Positions 26,707-40,700 of a stretch of 64,000 bases of DNA are shown piece after piece. Origin of the DNA: Octopus bimaculoides (lineage: Eukaryota); NCBI RefSeq assembly GCF_001194135.2, contig NC_068981.1:122350148-122414147 (forward strand). Reading direction: 5' to 3'. Below the pieces are notes generated by a model that was given only the letters and a program-made list of their open reading frames with translations, was not told where the DNA came from and did not search any database. The translations under genes were made by a program, and so were the position numbers. How positions within the stretch are numbered: the first letter of the stretch is position 1; each line of letters opens with the position of its first letter.

Positions 26707-28149
26707 CATGTGTGTCCCAATCTATCTATCTATCTACTTATATACGTATCTCTCTGTTTATCTTTCTCTCTTCTCTCCTTCTCTGTATATATATACACGC
26801 ATGGAAATTCGAACGTATTTCTTTTTCTTTTGTTTCGTACGTATTAAAGGTTACTGATAATTTCAAATGAGGCACGACAGTTGCATTGCAATATATAAGT
26901 AAAACATCATCGACTTACAATGTTTTGAGAGGGTTAGTAAATACCTCACGTTTTTCGTCCTCTATGCAGATGAGAAAAAATGTAACTCTTTTGTTCTCTG
27001 CACAGATGATATGATAAACTCATCTATTTTGTCTCAAAGGGCATAATATTTGCGCTCCTTCAATACGATGTGTAAAATTGCATGCGCTCAATGAAAGCGC
27101 GACAATTGATAACCTGATCCTGTTAAATACATGAATAGTTTTTAAATGTGGGGTTGTCATGCAGTTATAATAAATCCAGTATATGCGAAACAAAATGTCC
27201 TATCAAATTGATAGAGCACATTCCTCAATAATTGCTTCAAGAAAATTACTGCTGAAATCTGCTACTTACAATATTTACTTCCAAATTTGTAAATGCTGCA
27301 ATTTAGAAGGCTTAAGTATTGTGCGACTATTACTATAAGCAGATGTGTAGACACAAAATACAGATACAAATACACATTTATTGCTATGCGTAGCCCCTAA
27401 AATGTAGTAAATTTAATAATATAACTGGACTGATTTGCACCAAAAATGATTTACTACTCAAATCTTAAATGAAAAAGAAATTGACGCACATTAAAATTAC
27501 ATATAGACGTTGTTTATTGGGTGAGTAACAACTTTACTCAAGCACAGGAACACAGACACATAAATATATTTATACACACACACATACATATGATTTTATG
27601 TACAGAGTTATAAATATTTGTAAATATATGACTTATCACCTTCCATTGTTTTCACATAGGCATCAATTTTGAATCGAACGATATTTATTGGACATAAAAT
27701 CATGCTTAGTAACATTATTATCGACTTGCTACTCACATACTATTACATACAGATATATTCACACACTTACCCTTATGTACGCATGTGCTGCCCTCATATA
27801 CATATGTATGTGTTTGTGACTTTGAATGTATGTGTTAGTGTGTCCATCGAAAGCAGGACTATTTAAACAAGTGCGTAAAGTACACTTTAATCAGCAGCAC
27901 TTAAAAAGGCACACATCTCTCTTGTTAAAATATATGCGAATTGTTAATGATGAATCCCTGAATGCCTTATTATAGTTTGGTTCTTTCTAAAAGATCGCTA
28001 GGTGGGGAAGGAACTGTCATGATTTTGTTTTTATTTATTCACAATGGAGAATTCAATTTCTTTTTGTAATTAGATTTCTGTAGATATCATCATTCGCACA
28101 TTATCTTGCTTTTTATTAATGAACAATTTTTTATGTACAATACTTCAGC

Positions 28150-28290
28150 GAGGAATAGAAGACTGTTCTTCAATCTCGGCCTGTTGGACGCTTACCTGGG
28201 CTTCTATACATTTTTCTCACATATCTTTTGGCTCAAGGTCTCCAAAATGACCTATTGCAGTGTTGACGTTATTTGGTGTGGAAATATGAA
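28150..28290 (-). mobile_element. Possible old RTE-like LINE C-terminal remnant
   Basis: Minus strand gives 'GHFGDLEPK' and 'RYVRKMYRSPGKRPTGR', like the RTE GH..R....R.....GKR..GRP block; frameshifted. Confidence 0.3.
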
Positions 28291-29909
28291 AGTAATTCAT
28301 CTGGTATAGTTTGAACTTGATATATTGCTGAATATTCCAGATATATTTCTAAAATGCATGCATATATATCTCATTCATAAGCGCTATTAATATTGGTTTC
28401 TTTGTTTCCATATCGAAATGTCATATTATATATTGATGGAAGTGTTGCTTAATATATTAAATATGATAATGTGATTTGCATTTTCCGAGTCATTTTAAAT
28501 TATATCTGTAGATGATGTTGAAAACAGCGAAGTAAATAATAGATGTTTAATTAATCTTATTTCATAGAGCTTAATTGAATGAAACCTCACTTTAATGACC
28601 TCTCAGACACTTCACAGTTTCACGAAATGAATTCCATTTTAATGTGAAACTATTTATTTACCTAATTACACTTGAGCATAAACACGCATGCTTAAACATG
28701 TGCAAAAGCACTGAGCAATTTATTTCCACTGAAACACAGGACACTCTTTAAACGTATTATTAAACATTATCTTGAATATGAATTACTGAATGCCAATATG
28801 TACACTGCATCGCAAATGTGTTCGGTACATAACAGATCATTCAAGGCTAACCGTTACAAATGTCCAATGTCTAATGAAACAATTTTGTGAAATTAAATTG
28901 TATGGAATTCTGTGTGGAGATTCTAGCAACAACTTATTTTAAATCTCACTGAATTGGCAAACAAATGACTCATCACAATTCAGACGTTATAGTTACATAT
29001 GAAAGTCCATTCAACGCAGAAGACTTGTAATATATTATATTAGATCTAAAATACTTAAGTCCTAGTACTGTGTTGTAGTTTCTGAAAAATAAATGCAGGC
29101 ATCATTTGGATTTAAGTGTGACATCAGATTTTCTGAAACCGCACGTTAAAAGGAATATGGTCAAACCACGTGTATTCTCGGCCGCCATAGTGTAGGCACA
29201 TATCTACACACACGCGCGAGCGCGTGCACACACACAGAGACACACAGACACACGCACACACGCACTCACACACGCACCCACAATATGCATGCTTGCTTGT
29301 ATGAATGTGTGCATATATNNNNNNNNNNNNNNNNNNNNNNNNNNNNNNNNNNNNNNNNNNNNNNNNNNNNNNNNNNNNNNNNNNNNNNNNNNNNNNNNNN
29401 NNNNNNNNNNNNNNNNNNNNNNNNNNNNNNNNNNNNNNNNNNNNNNNNNNNNNNNNNNNNNNNNNNNNNNNNNNNNNNNNNNNNNNNNNNNNNNNNNNNN
29501 NNNNNNNNNNNNTATATATATATATATTGATTATATGTGTATAGATTGATAGAATGATATATACAGAGTGATAAAGGAAATACATAGAGTAACACAGGTT
29601 ATACACATTTACTTATATTTTAGAAGCTTTCAGCTCTTTAACATATGCATTGGGGGGGGGGGGTTCTTGGTTCAATCATATCAGGTTGTCGATTGACCGA
29701 CTGAAAATATAGGGATCACTAAACTAAGTTATCTTCACAAACCATCTGCCAAGAAGACGAGATAATTATGACTAGAACATTTTGATGTCGATCAAGTTTG
29801 TCGAGCCCAATCGCTTCTTAGAAAGAAAACCAAAATCAACAAGTTTGAGCTATTTCTGAACGCAATGATGAAAATAATACATATTTATGAGATGCTGTCT
29901 CAGAGCCTG

Positions 29910-30140
29910 TGGAGACGTCCGGCTTAGTTGTTAAGGTGTTGGGCTAATGATCGCAAGATTGTGGTTTCGATTCCATGACCAGGCGACGCGTTGTGTTCTT
30001 GAGCAAGCACTTCATTTCACCCTCATCCAGTTCCTTTAGATGGCAAAAATGAGTAATGCTGCGAAGGACCGGCGTTCAGTCCAGGTGGGGAATATATACG
30101 CCATTCAAGCCGGGAAACCGGCCCATATCAGCTTGGCATT
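29910..30140 (+). mobile_element. tRNA-derived SINE, family C, with a conserved central-domain-like block
   Basis: A-box-like 'ggcttagttgtta', B-box-like 'ggtttcgattcc' (29963-29974), then 'ttgtgttcttgagcaagcac' and a 3' block 'gcgaaggaccggcgttcagtccaggtgggg...gaaaccggccc'. Confidence 0.8.
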
Positions 30141-33100
30141 GGCTTGAGAAGAAAATTTTATTTTTATTCATCTCAGAACGTAAATGTCTCCAACTAGGTC
30201 CCAGTCATTCTTTTTCTATGTATACATGTGTTAATATCTACCTGTAAAATCGGTGATGTTATGATCAAGCTAAACCTGAACACAGACTAATAAAGCAAAA
30301 AAAACTTTGCACATGCATTTGTCTTGTTGTAGGAATTTAAATCTCTTAAATCTGATTCGTAATTCTCCTTTGTAACATATTGCAAACAGTTCAAGATCCT
30401 ATTTGAAATACCCCATTGACAAAATTTTTAATAAAAAGATGATTAGTAAATATAATAATACGAGTAAATTAAAATTTGCAGAAATATATATGTTTTTCAA
30501 GGTCGGTATATAATATAAATTTATTATACTGGTGGTGGGTTTCACCGTGTTAACATTCTTTCACTTTCTGTATGTTTAACTCCATCTAAAGAATTTAATT
30601 TCAAAATGGTTTGAAAACATTCAAAGATTCTCATGGGAAGCAGCAGGTATGCGATCTATATAAATAAAACGTAGAAAAATTAGAACCAATTTGTATTTTA
30701 ATCAATCAAAAAACACCAGAAACAAACAAGGCAGTGATTTTCCACAATTTACTCTTTTGCTTTTTGTTGAATCTGTATTAAAAACATCCTTTTATTCTCA
30801 CATCAAATTCTTCTGCAACATCAAATGATTTTATTTACTCGTGCTTGCAGTAATACCATACTTCTCCTCCAACACATTTTCATTGTATTCTAACGGCGAA
30901 TAAATTTCTTCAAGGTATCTCCCCTGCTTTCTTTCTTTCCGCGAAGATAATTAAGATTTACATTGAAAATTTGTTAGAATATGCAGTTTCATACTTGTAC
31001 ATAAGTTATTATAAACATACACACACACTCACAAATATCAGAGTAAGTTTCTTGTAGGACTCAGTTGTCAGTTCACATAATAATTGCTTACATAGTAGTG
31101 TAAGGTAAAGTGTCCATTTAACTTAAAATCCAGAAGACCAAGCGATAAATTATTATGTGAGAAGTATACGAAAACAGATTCAAGAGCTATAAGAGTTGAA
31201 CATAGATTTATTTAACCACGTGTCATCTATGGCATTAGAGCCTTTCACAACTTTATTAAATTAGTATCATTTTCACTAATTTCACAAGAAATTACGCGTA
31301 CCTATTAAATTAAGTGCTGATATTTTGTACACAAGATAAATGCGTAACGAACGCATATAAGTGCAATCGCATATGCAGATATATAAATGTGTGTGTATCT
31401 GTGTGTGTGAGTGTGCATATGTGCGTGCATATATGTGTGTGCGTGTGTGTAAACCGTTCTGTCTGTGTCTGTATTATGCATAGTTATGTTAGAAAAGTCA
31501 TAAAAGTGCTCCAGAGAACGTCATGGTGTTTACATATATTTGCATAAATAATAGTTGGTCAATTGTTTTAAAAGTTACGTGAAAATTAATGATTTGAACC
31601 TTTCATAGAGATGACAGTATGTAAAGATGTACACATGTAACTGCATGTATATACATATATANNNNNNNNNNNNNNNNNNNNNNNNNNNNNNNNNNNNNNN
31701 NNNNNNNNNNNNNNNNNNNNNNNNNNNNNNNNNNNNNNNNNNNNNNNNNNNNNNNNNNNNNNNNNNNNNNNNNNNNNNNNNNNNNNNNNNNNNNNNNNNN
31801 NNNNNNNNNNNNNNNNNNNNNNNNNNNNNNNNNNNNNNNNNNNNNNNNNNNNNNNNNNNNNNNNNNNNNNNNNNNNNNNNNNNNNNNNNNNNNNNNNNNN
31901 NNNNNNNNNNNNNNNNNNNNNNNNNNNNNNNNNNNNNNNNNNNNNNNNNNNNNNNNNNNNNNNNNNNNNNNNNNNNNNNNNNNNNNNNNNNNNNNNNNNN
32001 NNNNNNNNNNNNNNNNNNNNNNNNNNNNNNNNNNNNNNNNNNNNNNNNNNNNNNNNNNNNNNNNNNNNNNNNNNNNNNNNNNNNNNNNNNNNNNNNNNNN
32101 NNNNNNNNNNNNNNNNNNNNNNNNNNNNNNNNNNNNNNNNNNNNNNNNNNNNNNNNNNNNNNNNNNNNNNNNNNNNNNNNNNNNNNNNNNNNNNNNNNNN
32201 NNNNNNNNNNNNNNNNNNNNNNNNNNNNNNNNNNNNNNNNNNNNNNNNNNNNNNNNNNNNNNNNNNNNNNNNNNNNNGATACCCGGTATCTCGATCAGTT
32301 TGGGTTTGAACAATATGTTTGAGATCCGTGTTCCCCTATAAAGGGAGACCTTTGGCATGGTGTTGCTTGCAGATAATCTCGAAAAAATTGCAAGCCATGT
32401 GGATCCTGAGAGAAATACAATTAACAACACAAGAAAACCAATAAGATTAGTTCAAAAAATCGTAAAAAAAAAAAAAAAATCTCATGATGCTTATCTAGAT
32501 ATATGACCAGGCATCGCGTTTGATTTTCGTGCTTTCAGAGCACACATGAACAAAGATATTTTGTATTGTGAATGCGGATATTTTGTATTCTTATATTTAA
32601 CATGTTGCACAATTTTAGGCTGAATTTTGAGTATCATAAATCATTGCCAACTAGATTTAGGGGATTATGCAACATGACATACTTGTCTGGCTCCTGATAT
32701 TAATTCGAATTATATTATGAATCTATTACAGACCTTTAATTGCCAAGCTGACAAATATGCACCGAATTGAGCTAAGGCAACGTTCAAAGCAAACGCTCAT
32801 AGTAACAGCATCGCTTACTGGCAACAAACAAATAATTTCAATTCGGCAGATTCTATCCTAGGATATATAACCATGACTCAGTGTCATGGTTACATATGTC
32901 ATGAGGTTCCAAATCTCATGTGATATAAATAGAACTAGATTACATTCTTAATAACAGTTATTTCTAAGAGTAAATATGTTGCTGTCATGCCAAACGCTGC
33001 TCATAAATTACAATATATCTTTTCCCATGACATTCATTGTTGTTGCTTTATCACTTGAGAATCCACGTGTAAGCAGGCATGTCAGAAGACATCCAGTTAT

Positions 33101-33255
33101 CGTTGAAATAATCGCAACATCAATTGTTACAATTTATATACGCATATATATATACATGTGTATATTTAGCTAGGTAGCTTTCTATCCATCTACCTCTCTC
33201 TATCTCCGTGTATAGCATGGCCGCAGCTCTGAGCTGAAACTTTGAAATGAAATGA

Positions 33256-33257
<2 letters not shown>

Positions 33258-33342
<85 letters not shown>

Positions 33343-33420
33343 NNNNNNNNNNTGTGTGTGTGTATGTGTGTCTGTGTGTGCGTGTGTATGTGTGTGTATG
33401 TGTGTGTGTGTGTGTTTGTG
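33258..33420. repeat. (TA)n(TG)n microsatellite preceded by a SINE-A tail remnant (33207-33257)
   Basis: Visible runs; 'agcatggccgcagctc...ctgaaac' resembles the tail at 5750-5770. Confidence 0.85.
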
Positions 33421-33492
33421 TGTTACCTAGAAAGAGACAACAAAGCCCATGCAGTGTAAAATATTGTTAGGACATTTATAAAGAGAAAAGTT

Positions 33493-33540
33493 GTCATATA
33501 GCTGTTTCTGGGATATTAGGGATATTCCTTCATCAGAGAC
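33493..33540 (-). ncRNA. Degenerate minimal type I hammerhead ribozyme motif (Penelope pLTR-type)
   Basis: Minus strand reads gtct-CTGATGA-aggaatatccctaatatccca-GAAA-cagctat-a-tgac: both core boxes, a stem II, a near-palindromic stem III and a 3/4 stem I. Confidence 0.55.
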
Positions 33541-33962
33541 GATATGAGAGAGTTAAATAAGGGGAAATAGTAGAGTTCAATATAAGGAGTTATATTGGAA
33601 AAGGAGGGATATAGGAAGTGTAAAGGGAAATAAGAATATAAAAATAAAAATAAAACTATATGTAGGGTGTTATAGTTGTAGTTCATTTATCTGAGGAAAC
33701 AGCTGTGCAGAGTTGGTAGACAGGCTTCTTGTGTGCGGTATGTAAATTCCTATGGGAGTTTATATTTTGATATTATATATATATATAATCCACGCAAACG
33801 TAAATACACACGTACACATATGCACATATATAGACAATGGATTTTTTTAATGAAAGAATATTTTTTTCGAAACCTATTAAAATATTTAAAGGGAGGAGAA
33901 ATAAATCGAGTACTTCATATGCTGCATCTTTCACTTTTCAATTGGCTTGTTCTCTATTCATG

Positions 33963-34010
<48 letters not shown>

Positions 34011-34304
34011 NNNNNNNNNNTGGAAATGTTTCAGAATCTTAATAATTTTCTGTTTTTCGCATTGTTTCTTTATCTTTCTTTTAAATCTACTTTGTATCTA
34101 CTTTTTCTTTTTACAATTTCTGCATAATTTTCATTATATTCATCTCAAACTTAAAATATTTCACCTTTTCAGTGAATACGTTTATGGATAATTACTTTTT
34201 TTTTTACTGTATTATATAATCGATAGGATTTTTAGCAAGATATCTGAAAAATCATTCACTAAATATAAATGATTGAAAGACTCGAATTTTTGGGGTTAAT
34301 CAAT

Positions 34305-34460
34305 CGTAATGGTTCTGCAAGTAAGTTGTTCGCTTCACAGTCACATAGTCGGGAGTCAAATAGTCCCAAAGAGTGGGATCTAAGTCATGTATTGGCTGCG
34401 GTTAGTGAAATTTATTTGCACAGAACTAGTAGACAGAAAGTGTGCAGAAACCAGTTGTGT
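34305..34460 (+). mobile_element. Diverged SINE family A copy
   Basis: 'ggttctgcaagtaagttgttcgcttcacagtcacatag...agtccc' parallels the family-A head. Confidence 0.45.
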
Positions 34461-34610
34461 GTGTATTTATATATTTCCTTGATATTGCTATCTGTTATTA
34501 ATTTTATGCGCACGTGCATGTTTGTCCCTGTTTGAATTTTCAGAATTAAACTGGTTGAATAAATTTAAAATGGAATATGTTTTATCACCCAGAATCTCAT
34601 TCAAAGAATT

Positions 34611-34616
34611 TTCTTC

Positions 34617-34648
<32 letters not shown>

Positions 34649-34760
34649 CTTCTTCTTCTTCTTCTTCTTCTTCTTCTTCTTCTTCTTCTTCTTCTTCTTC
34701 TTCTTCTTCTTCTTCTTCTTCTTCTTCTTCTTCTTCTTCTTCTCCTTCTTCTTCTTCTTC
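34611..34760. repeat. (TCT)n microsatellite
   Basis: Near-perfect triplet run; source of the poly-S and poly-L ORFs. Confidence 0.97.
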
Positions 34761-37569
34761 TTGTACTTATTATTATAATTTGTAGTACGGATACTACTTT
34801 ACATCATTGTTTTTCGTTATTATCCACATTCTTATTATCAGCAATTTATACCATCGCCCACACAAAAAACAATATTGATATTTTTGTGTCGTTATTGTAT
34901 ATTTCATGTTTCGGTAAAATCTGCTGACTACTCGTTCTCTCACAATAACTTTTACACGCTTAACATATAATCATTCTGAGCGTCATGTCTGACATGTTAA
35001 CATGACTTTTGATGACTTGTCTTATTAAAAACTCCTCTCATGTAAATTCATTAGGCTATACGTCTCTCAAATTAACTATTCCTTATATATCCGTCCATCT
35101 TCTAGTAGTGGAGAGAGTCCTCAGCCACCTTCTCTATCGGTTCATATCAGAAACAACTGTCATCATATTTTCCAACTGCATTCGCAATAGGAACCAACTG
35201 AAATAATAGATATTTTACAATATCAATACCGGTCTATCCGTCGGTCTTCGTAGGAACAACTAGGCTTGGAGAATTCGCCTTGTGATTGTTTCCTTTGGCA
35301 TTTGAATCACATCCCCGCAGTACTGCAGCTGTGACTTACTCAGTGAGTTGCGGTTCGATCCCGAGGGACACTCTGATCTCTGACCTACGCTCGATTTCGC
35401 CTAACACTAATCCAGAGATCCAATAAAGAATCCTATTCGAGACCTATATTTTGAATAGCTATGCTTTCGATTTCTCTGCTTTGATATCGTTTCACCATTT
35501 AATATCCACATTCCTTACCAATTACATATAGTTTTCTAATTCATATATATTTCAAAATCTTATTTGACATCATTTCACGATATCTTTCTTTCCTCTCTCT
35601 TTGCATGTCTCTCATTCACCTTATCTTAACTTATTGTTCTATATTTAACTCACTTTATTTCATTTAATTTTGTTATATTTTGTGTTTCATCCAATCAATA
35701 ATTTCTTTTGAGTTATCCTTTTACAACACTTGTTTATTATACCCATAATACCTTTCAAGATCACAAGTTAATACCCTACATATTTTTTATCCTCCTCCTC
35801 TCTTTCTCCCTGTTTTGTATATACATACCATCTGAGAGTATGCGTATACCTTTGCCCGTCTGTTTATAAGCATGTATGCTTTTATATGTCTATATAAGTA
35901 TATGTACAAGCTATATGCTCAGCTAAGTTATTTGTAAGTATATTTCTACGTCTCTTTATATATATGTGTCTCAATTTCTCCGCGTGTATATGTAAGCATG
36001 TGCGTGTGTATGTGTGTCTGAGTGTGCGTGCGCTTGTATTTGGATGCTTGTTTACATATGATAGTAAGTCGGTGTTGCTAGAAGACTTGCCAAAGGTGGT
36101 GCGTTCCAATATCAATGACCAGAATCACTTACGGTTTGTTTCTTTATCTTTATCTGTAATCAGATCTTAAATTTGAAATGTTTACCTCTATATTTTAGCC
36201 ACTGCCACGGTGCCTAAATTTTATCTGTGTCCATTTCCGTATTTTCATATTTCTATTCATTATTTTCCCTCATCTTTCTCGTGCATCTCTTTGCGAGTGT
36301 GGGCTTAATGACTGTACTTTTATTTCTGTGTTTCTCTTTTTACATATTTCTTTTCGTTCTCACTCCAAAAAATAAGAATAAATTCATATTTCTACGTTTT
36401 CCTTATTTCTTCTTTTGCTCCTTATTCGTTGGATATTGGCACATTTTCGATGACTATCCGGACAGTTGCTTCCTATAGAATATAGTTTCATATATCACAA
36501 TGACGCCTAAGTCACTATGATGTCAGTTTTTATCGTTCGGGTTTTTGTGATTATTTCGATATATATATATATATATAATAAGGGCAAAAAATTGATATTT
36601 ATTTGATTAATATCAATTTGAAACCAGTGGCCTAGAATATTGAAAAATCTGAAGATTCATAAAATTAATACATACATATAAGTGCGACATCCAATATGCT
36701 GAATGTGAATCCCATATGGTCTGACCACTAAGAAAAAATTGTTCTCAAGAAAATTCGGCGAAACGCCAGAACGTAAGCGAGCAAGACAAATGAAAAGATA
36801 CAAAATATAATGATTAGTCACATACCAGATTTCATTGTTACCATTTACTTAAAAGAATAAAAGCATATCAACACACGCTCGCACACACACATATATATAC
36901 ATACATACATACATACATACACACGTGCGCAAACACACATACGTATATATCCATCTCTGTATGTATACGTGCGTTTCTTATATGTATATATTATTTGTGT
37001 GTGAGAGTCTATTTATATATGTGTGTGTTTGAGTGTATATATGTTTGTGTATGTGTTAGTGTGTGTGTTTGTGTATGTGTACCTGCGTGCATGTATATCT
37101 GTGTGAGACCAACTGGTATAGTCGTTATAAAATTAAACGTTTTGCCTCACGGTGTTTGTTTGTAATGTGTTCGAAATTTCGCCCTATTATCGAATGATCG
37201 TAGTTATCTCAGGTTTTCAAATAAAATATCCTTGTTTTGTCGGAGGTCGACTTCCAACAAACACATACATATATGCGTACATACGCACACAGGTATACTT
37301 ATATGTGAGTGTATTAAAAGTATAATAGTGTAATAATGCACAAATCATATATGCGTTTGTCATACCTGGATTAATACATACGATGGTTTATAAATATGAT
37401 CACAGAGTTTGTGTAAGAGATCATAATGACTGACAATCATTACAACTGGTTTGAGAAGAAAATACACAATAATATATATGTAATTTGACGGTTGCATGGT
37501 AAATGTTACTCACGAAATATTCCAGCAATTAATAAAGTTAACATATATATCATTGTTTATAAAACTTAG

Positions 37570-37750
37570 TACACGGTCAACAATTTCAGAGGAGGGAGAA
37601 GACGTTTACATCGATCCCAGTATTAAGACAGTACTTATTTTATCGAACACGGATGGATAAGAGGCAATGTCAACCACAGCAGTATTTGACCTAGGAACGC
37701 AATGTCGGAAGAAATGCAGCTAAATATATTTCTGGTGCGATAACAGCTAT
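37570..37750 (-). mobile_element. Diverged SINE family B copy
   Basis: 'tacatcgatcccagt...gtacttattttatcga' is the reverse complement of the family core. Confidence 0.7.
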
Positions 37751-40700
37751 ACATTATTGCGATGCAGACGTATTGGATTAGGGAGAGATGCTTTAAAGTC
37801 GATATGATCAATATGCTCTTCATCGAATCTTAGTTATATATATTTTTTAACCTTTATCTCAGTATTTCTATCCCAAATTTCCTGTTTCATTCGCTGAATA
37901 CTGCAGTAATCGATGGTTGATCTATTATAAATATCTCATGTGACGAAATGTCCAATGAATAAATCTAATTGTTTTTCACAGATTTGATAAAATTTCAAAA
38001 ATATACAATATTATATTTATATCACGTTTATAGTCACTTGTCTTGGTATACACTAACATACATTACCGTACGCAAAAGGTTGACATCATTCTGATATGCA
38101 AATATGGCAAATGTCACTGTTGTATAGTCGCGAGTGAACCCTGACGAGCATTGAGATTATTTGCTGAACAATTCGTTGCGGTTCACTTCTAGTTACTCAA
38201 CAGTGAGCAGTGGTTCGCTGTGCATTGCTCATAACTCATGAATATGTGATATACCGCTTGGCAATATATTGTATTGAAATTTTAACTTGTCGCCTGTCTT
38301 CCACTCTCTCGTAACGTCTGGAATATATTTCCAATAAGAAAGATGTTTCAGTATATTTTATAGTTTTGTGTGAGTTTTTTGGCTTCATCTTCGTCGCTTA
38401 TGTGTTTTGTATTCTTATGGAAATGTTGCATAACGTAATATAATGCACAATACCACTGCCAACGCAAGATAAAGTAACGATGGGAACTGGCGCACAATAT
38501 CGATACGTTAAATTAATGTGTGCCTCAAGCTGATCGCTCATTTCAGTATAACAATGCTATTATTTTTAGATATGCAAATCGTGCTTTCCACTGAAGTTTA
38601 GTTCAGCATGTAAGCACTCATGTAGCGGTGTTATGATTGCCAGCTATTGTCACAGTTGGTGGCAGACTTTAAAATTATTTCCCACTGTATAAGTTTCTTT
38701 TACCCTTTCTCTTCCTTATAATTTACATGCAATCATGCTCAAAGCGATGGATTCGTATGAAGAATTTTGATTTGATACCATTGCATTTTAAAATTCACAG
38801 TTTGTGTTGTATAATACTACCTCAGAGCATAATAATCATTGGATAATATATTATTTATTCATTCATCATTTGTATATACCGTTTGCTTTTATGTTCAGTG
38901 ATTTATAATTTTTTTCTGCATTATAAACCATGGATTGGAGGATATTTTTGAGCGGTTTAAGCTTACTGTTAAAACCATGGAAGTAAATACAACAACATTT
39001 AAGAAATAAATATGAATATACTGGCATCCAAAATAAATAAGATTTCATTGTTAATATATCATTTCCGTTTTTATTAATTTTTTTGATTTCTTTGCTAATA
39101 TCAGGTGACTGCTAAGTTCGGGAGATCTTTGGAATATTTGTTGGGACAATGCTTGTAGAGAGGAGAAAAGAAGAAAAAATAATTGAAAAATGTTAGTTGC
39201 AAATTGTGAAGGAGTGAATAAAGAAGCCAAATAAACAGAATAAAACATTTTAAAGAGATGTATCAGATTACTAATTTCCGTTGGAAAGATTTTACACAAA
39301 TACGCGAAAATAAGAAAAAGAAAGACTAAGAGGAAAGGTTCTGAATAAATTGCGAATAATAGTTACACTCGCGCACGCGCACATACAAAGACACATGCAT
39401 CAACACATACACACAGAGAAACATGCATGTATATAATATAGATAGAGAGTAAGAGAAAGACAGAAACTGTTAAAGAGAAGGAAAAGAGAGGGAGAGTAAA
39501 AAAAAAAATCTGTGAAAGCTAAATAGGACCTAGAAATCGGAAGAAAAGAGGAGAAACAGGGCGGCGAAGTTTTAACAAATATATCGACCAACTGACAGGG
39601 GATAGCACAACTAGACTCACACGCTCACACACGCACAAACTCGCAGTTATAGCCATGAAATCGGAGAGCAAAATTGAAATGTAGGTAGCTAAAATTATGT
39701 ATTGAATGAAAGATGACAGAGCCAGCAAGCGATATAGATATCGGGAGGGATTTAAAAGAAAATGAAGGGAATCATTCGAAGACAGAAAGCGAGTAGTCCA
39801 AGCTAGCTACAGTGATACATAGACTGTGAAAGTGGCGAATGGAGTAAGAGAAGCTTCTATGTTTAATATGTAATGTTATGAAAATCGTTTGTTTAAATAC
39901 TTTACAATAGTATTTTCTAATGAATGCTTTTCTAAGTTGATTGGTTGTCAATATCTGAGAAGTTTGAGAAAATAGTAAGTGAATCGTATAATTGCTAATT
40001 GTATATTTGTTTGGATTAAGTAGAATACGAAAAAAAAACATACTGTGGAATGCTTGACTTTATGGAGAAATGTGTTACTGAGTGCCGTATGCAAGTATTA
40101 CATTTAAGACATTTAAGGCATAAGTATCAAATTCAATCCCTAATTTAGATATTCCCAACATTATTGCAACCTACCTTATATATCATAGTGTATCACATGG
40201 TATTCCTTATTACATATTAAGTAATATTTTACAGTAGTTGATAAAATAGCTGACATTGGATCTTAATATAGAATATGTTACAGGGTTTGTTCTAGGTGTG
40301 CCTTGCGCAAATTTGCTTTATATTTTTGAGAGAAGTTAAAGTAACATCCAAATATATGGTAATGTTATTTTTTCCCTATTCTTTATCTTCATGTTTTCTA
40401 TGCATTTCTCTCCCCCAGTTTTGGTTTCAATGTTCTATGCAAAGTAGGGGATAACTACCTATAACTCCCTGGCTATCCATAACAAACAAGTTCACAATAT
40501 GCTATAACAAAGATGTGTTCGACTGTATAGAAATATCGATCAAATCCTCCTTCAAATTCGTCTTCACAAAGGATGCCATCGACACATATGTGGCTCTAGA
40601 TACAAACTGCATTAAAATGTAAAAATAATGACACGATTAGAAACGATTTTAAAATCATACGTATATGTGTTTAGTTATGATCTGGTACTAAAGAATGTCA

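Noticed and set aside
29910-29985. tRNA gene
   Set aside because: A/B boxes are present, but there is no acceptor-stem closure and the sequence continues into a SINE body.
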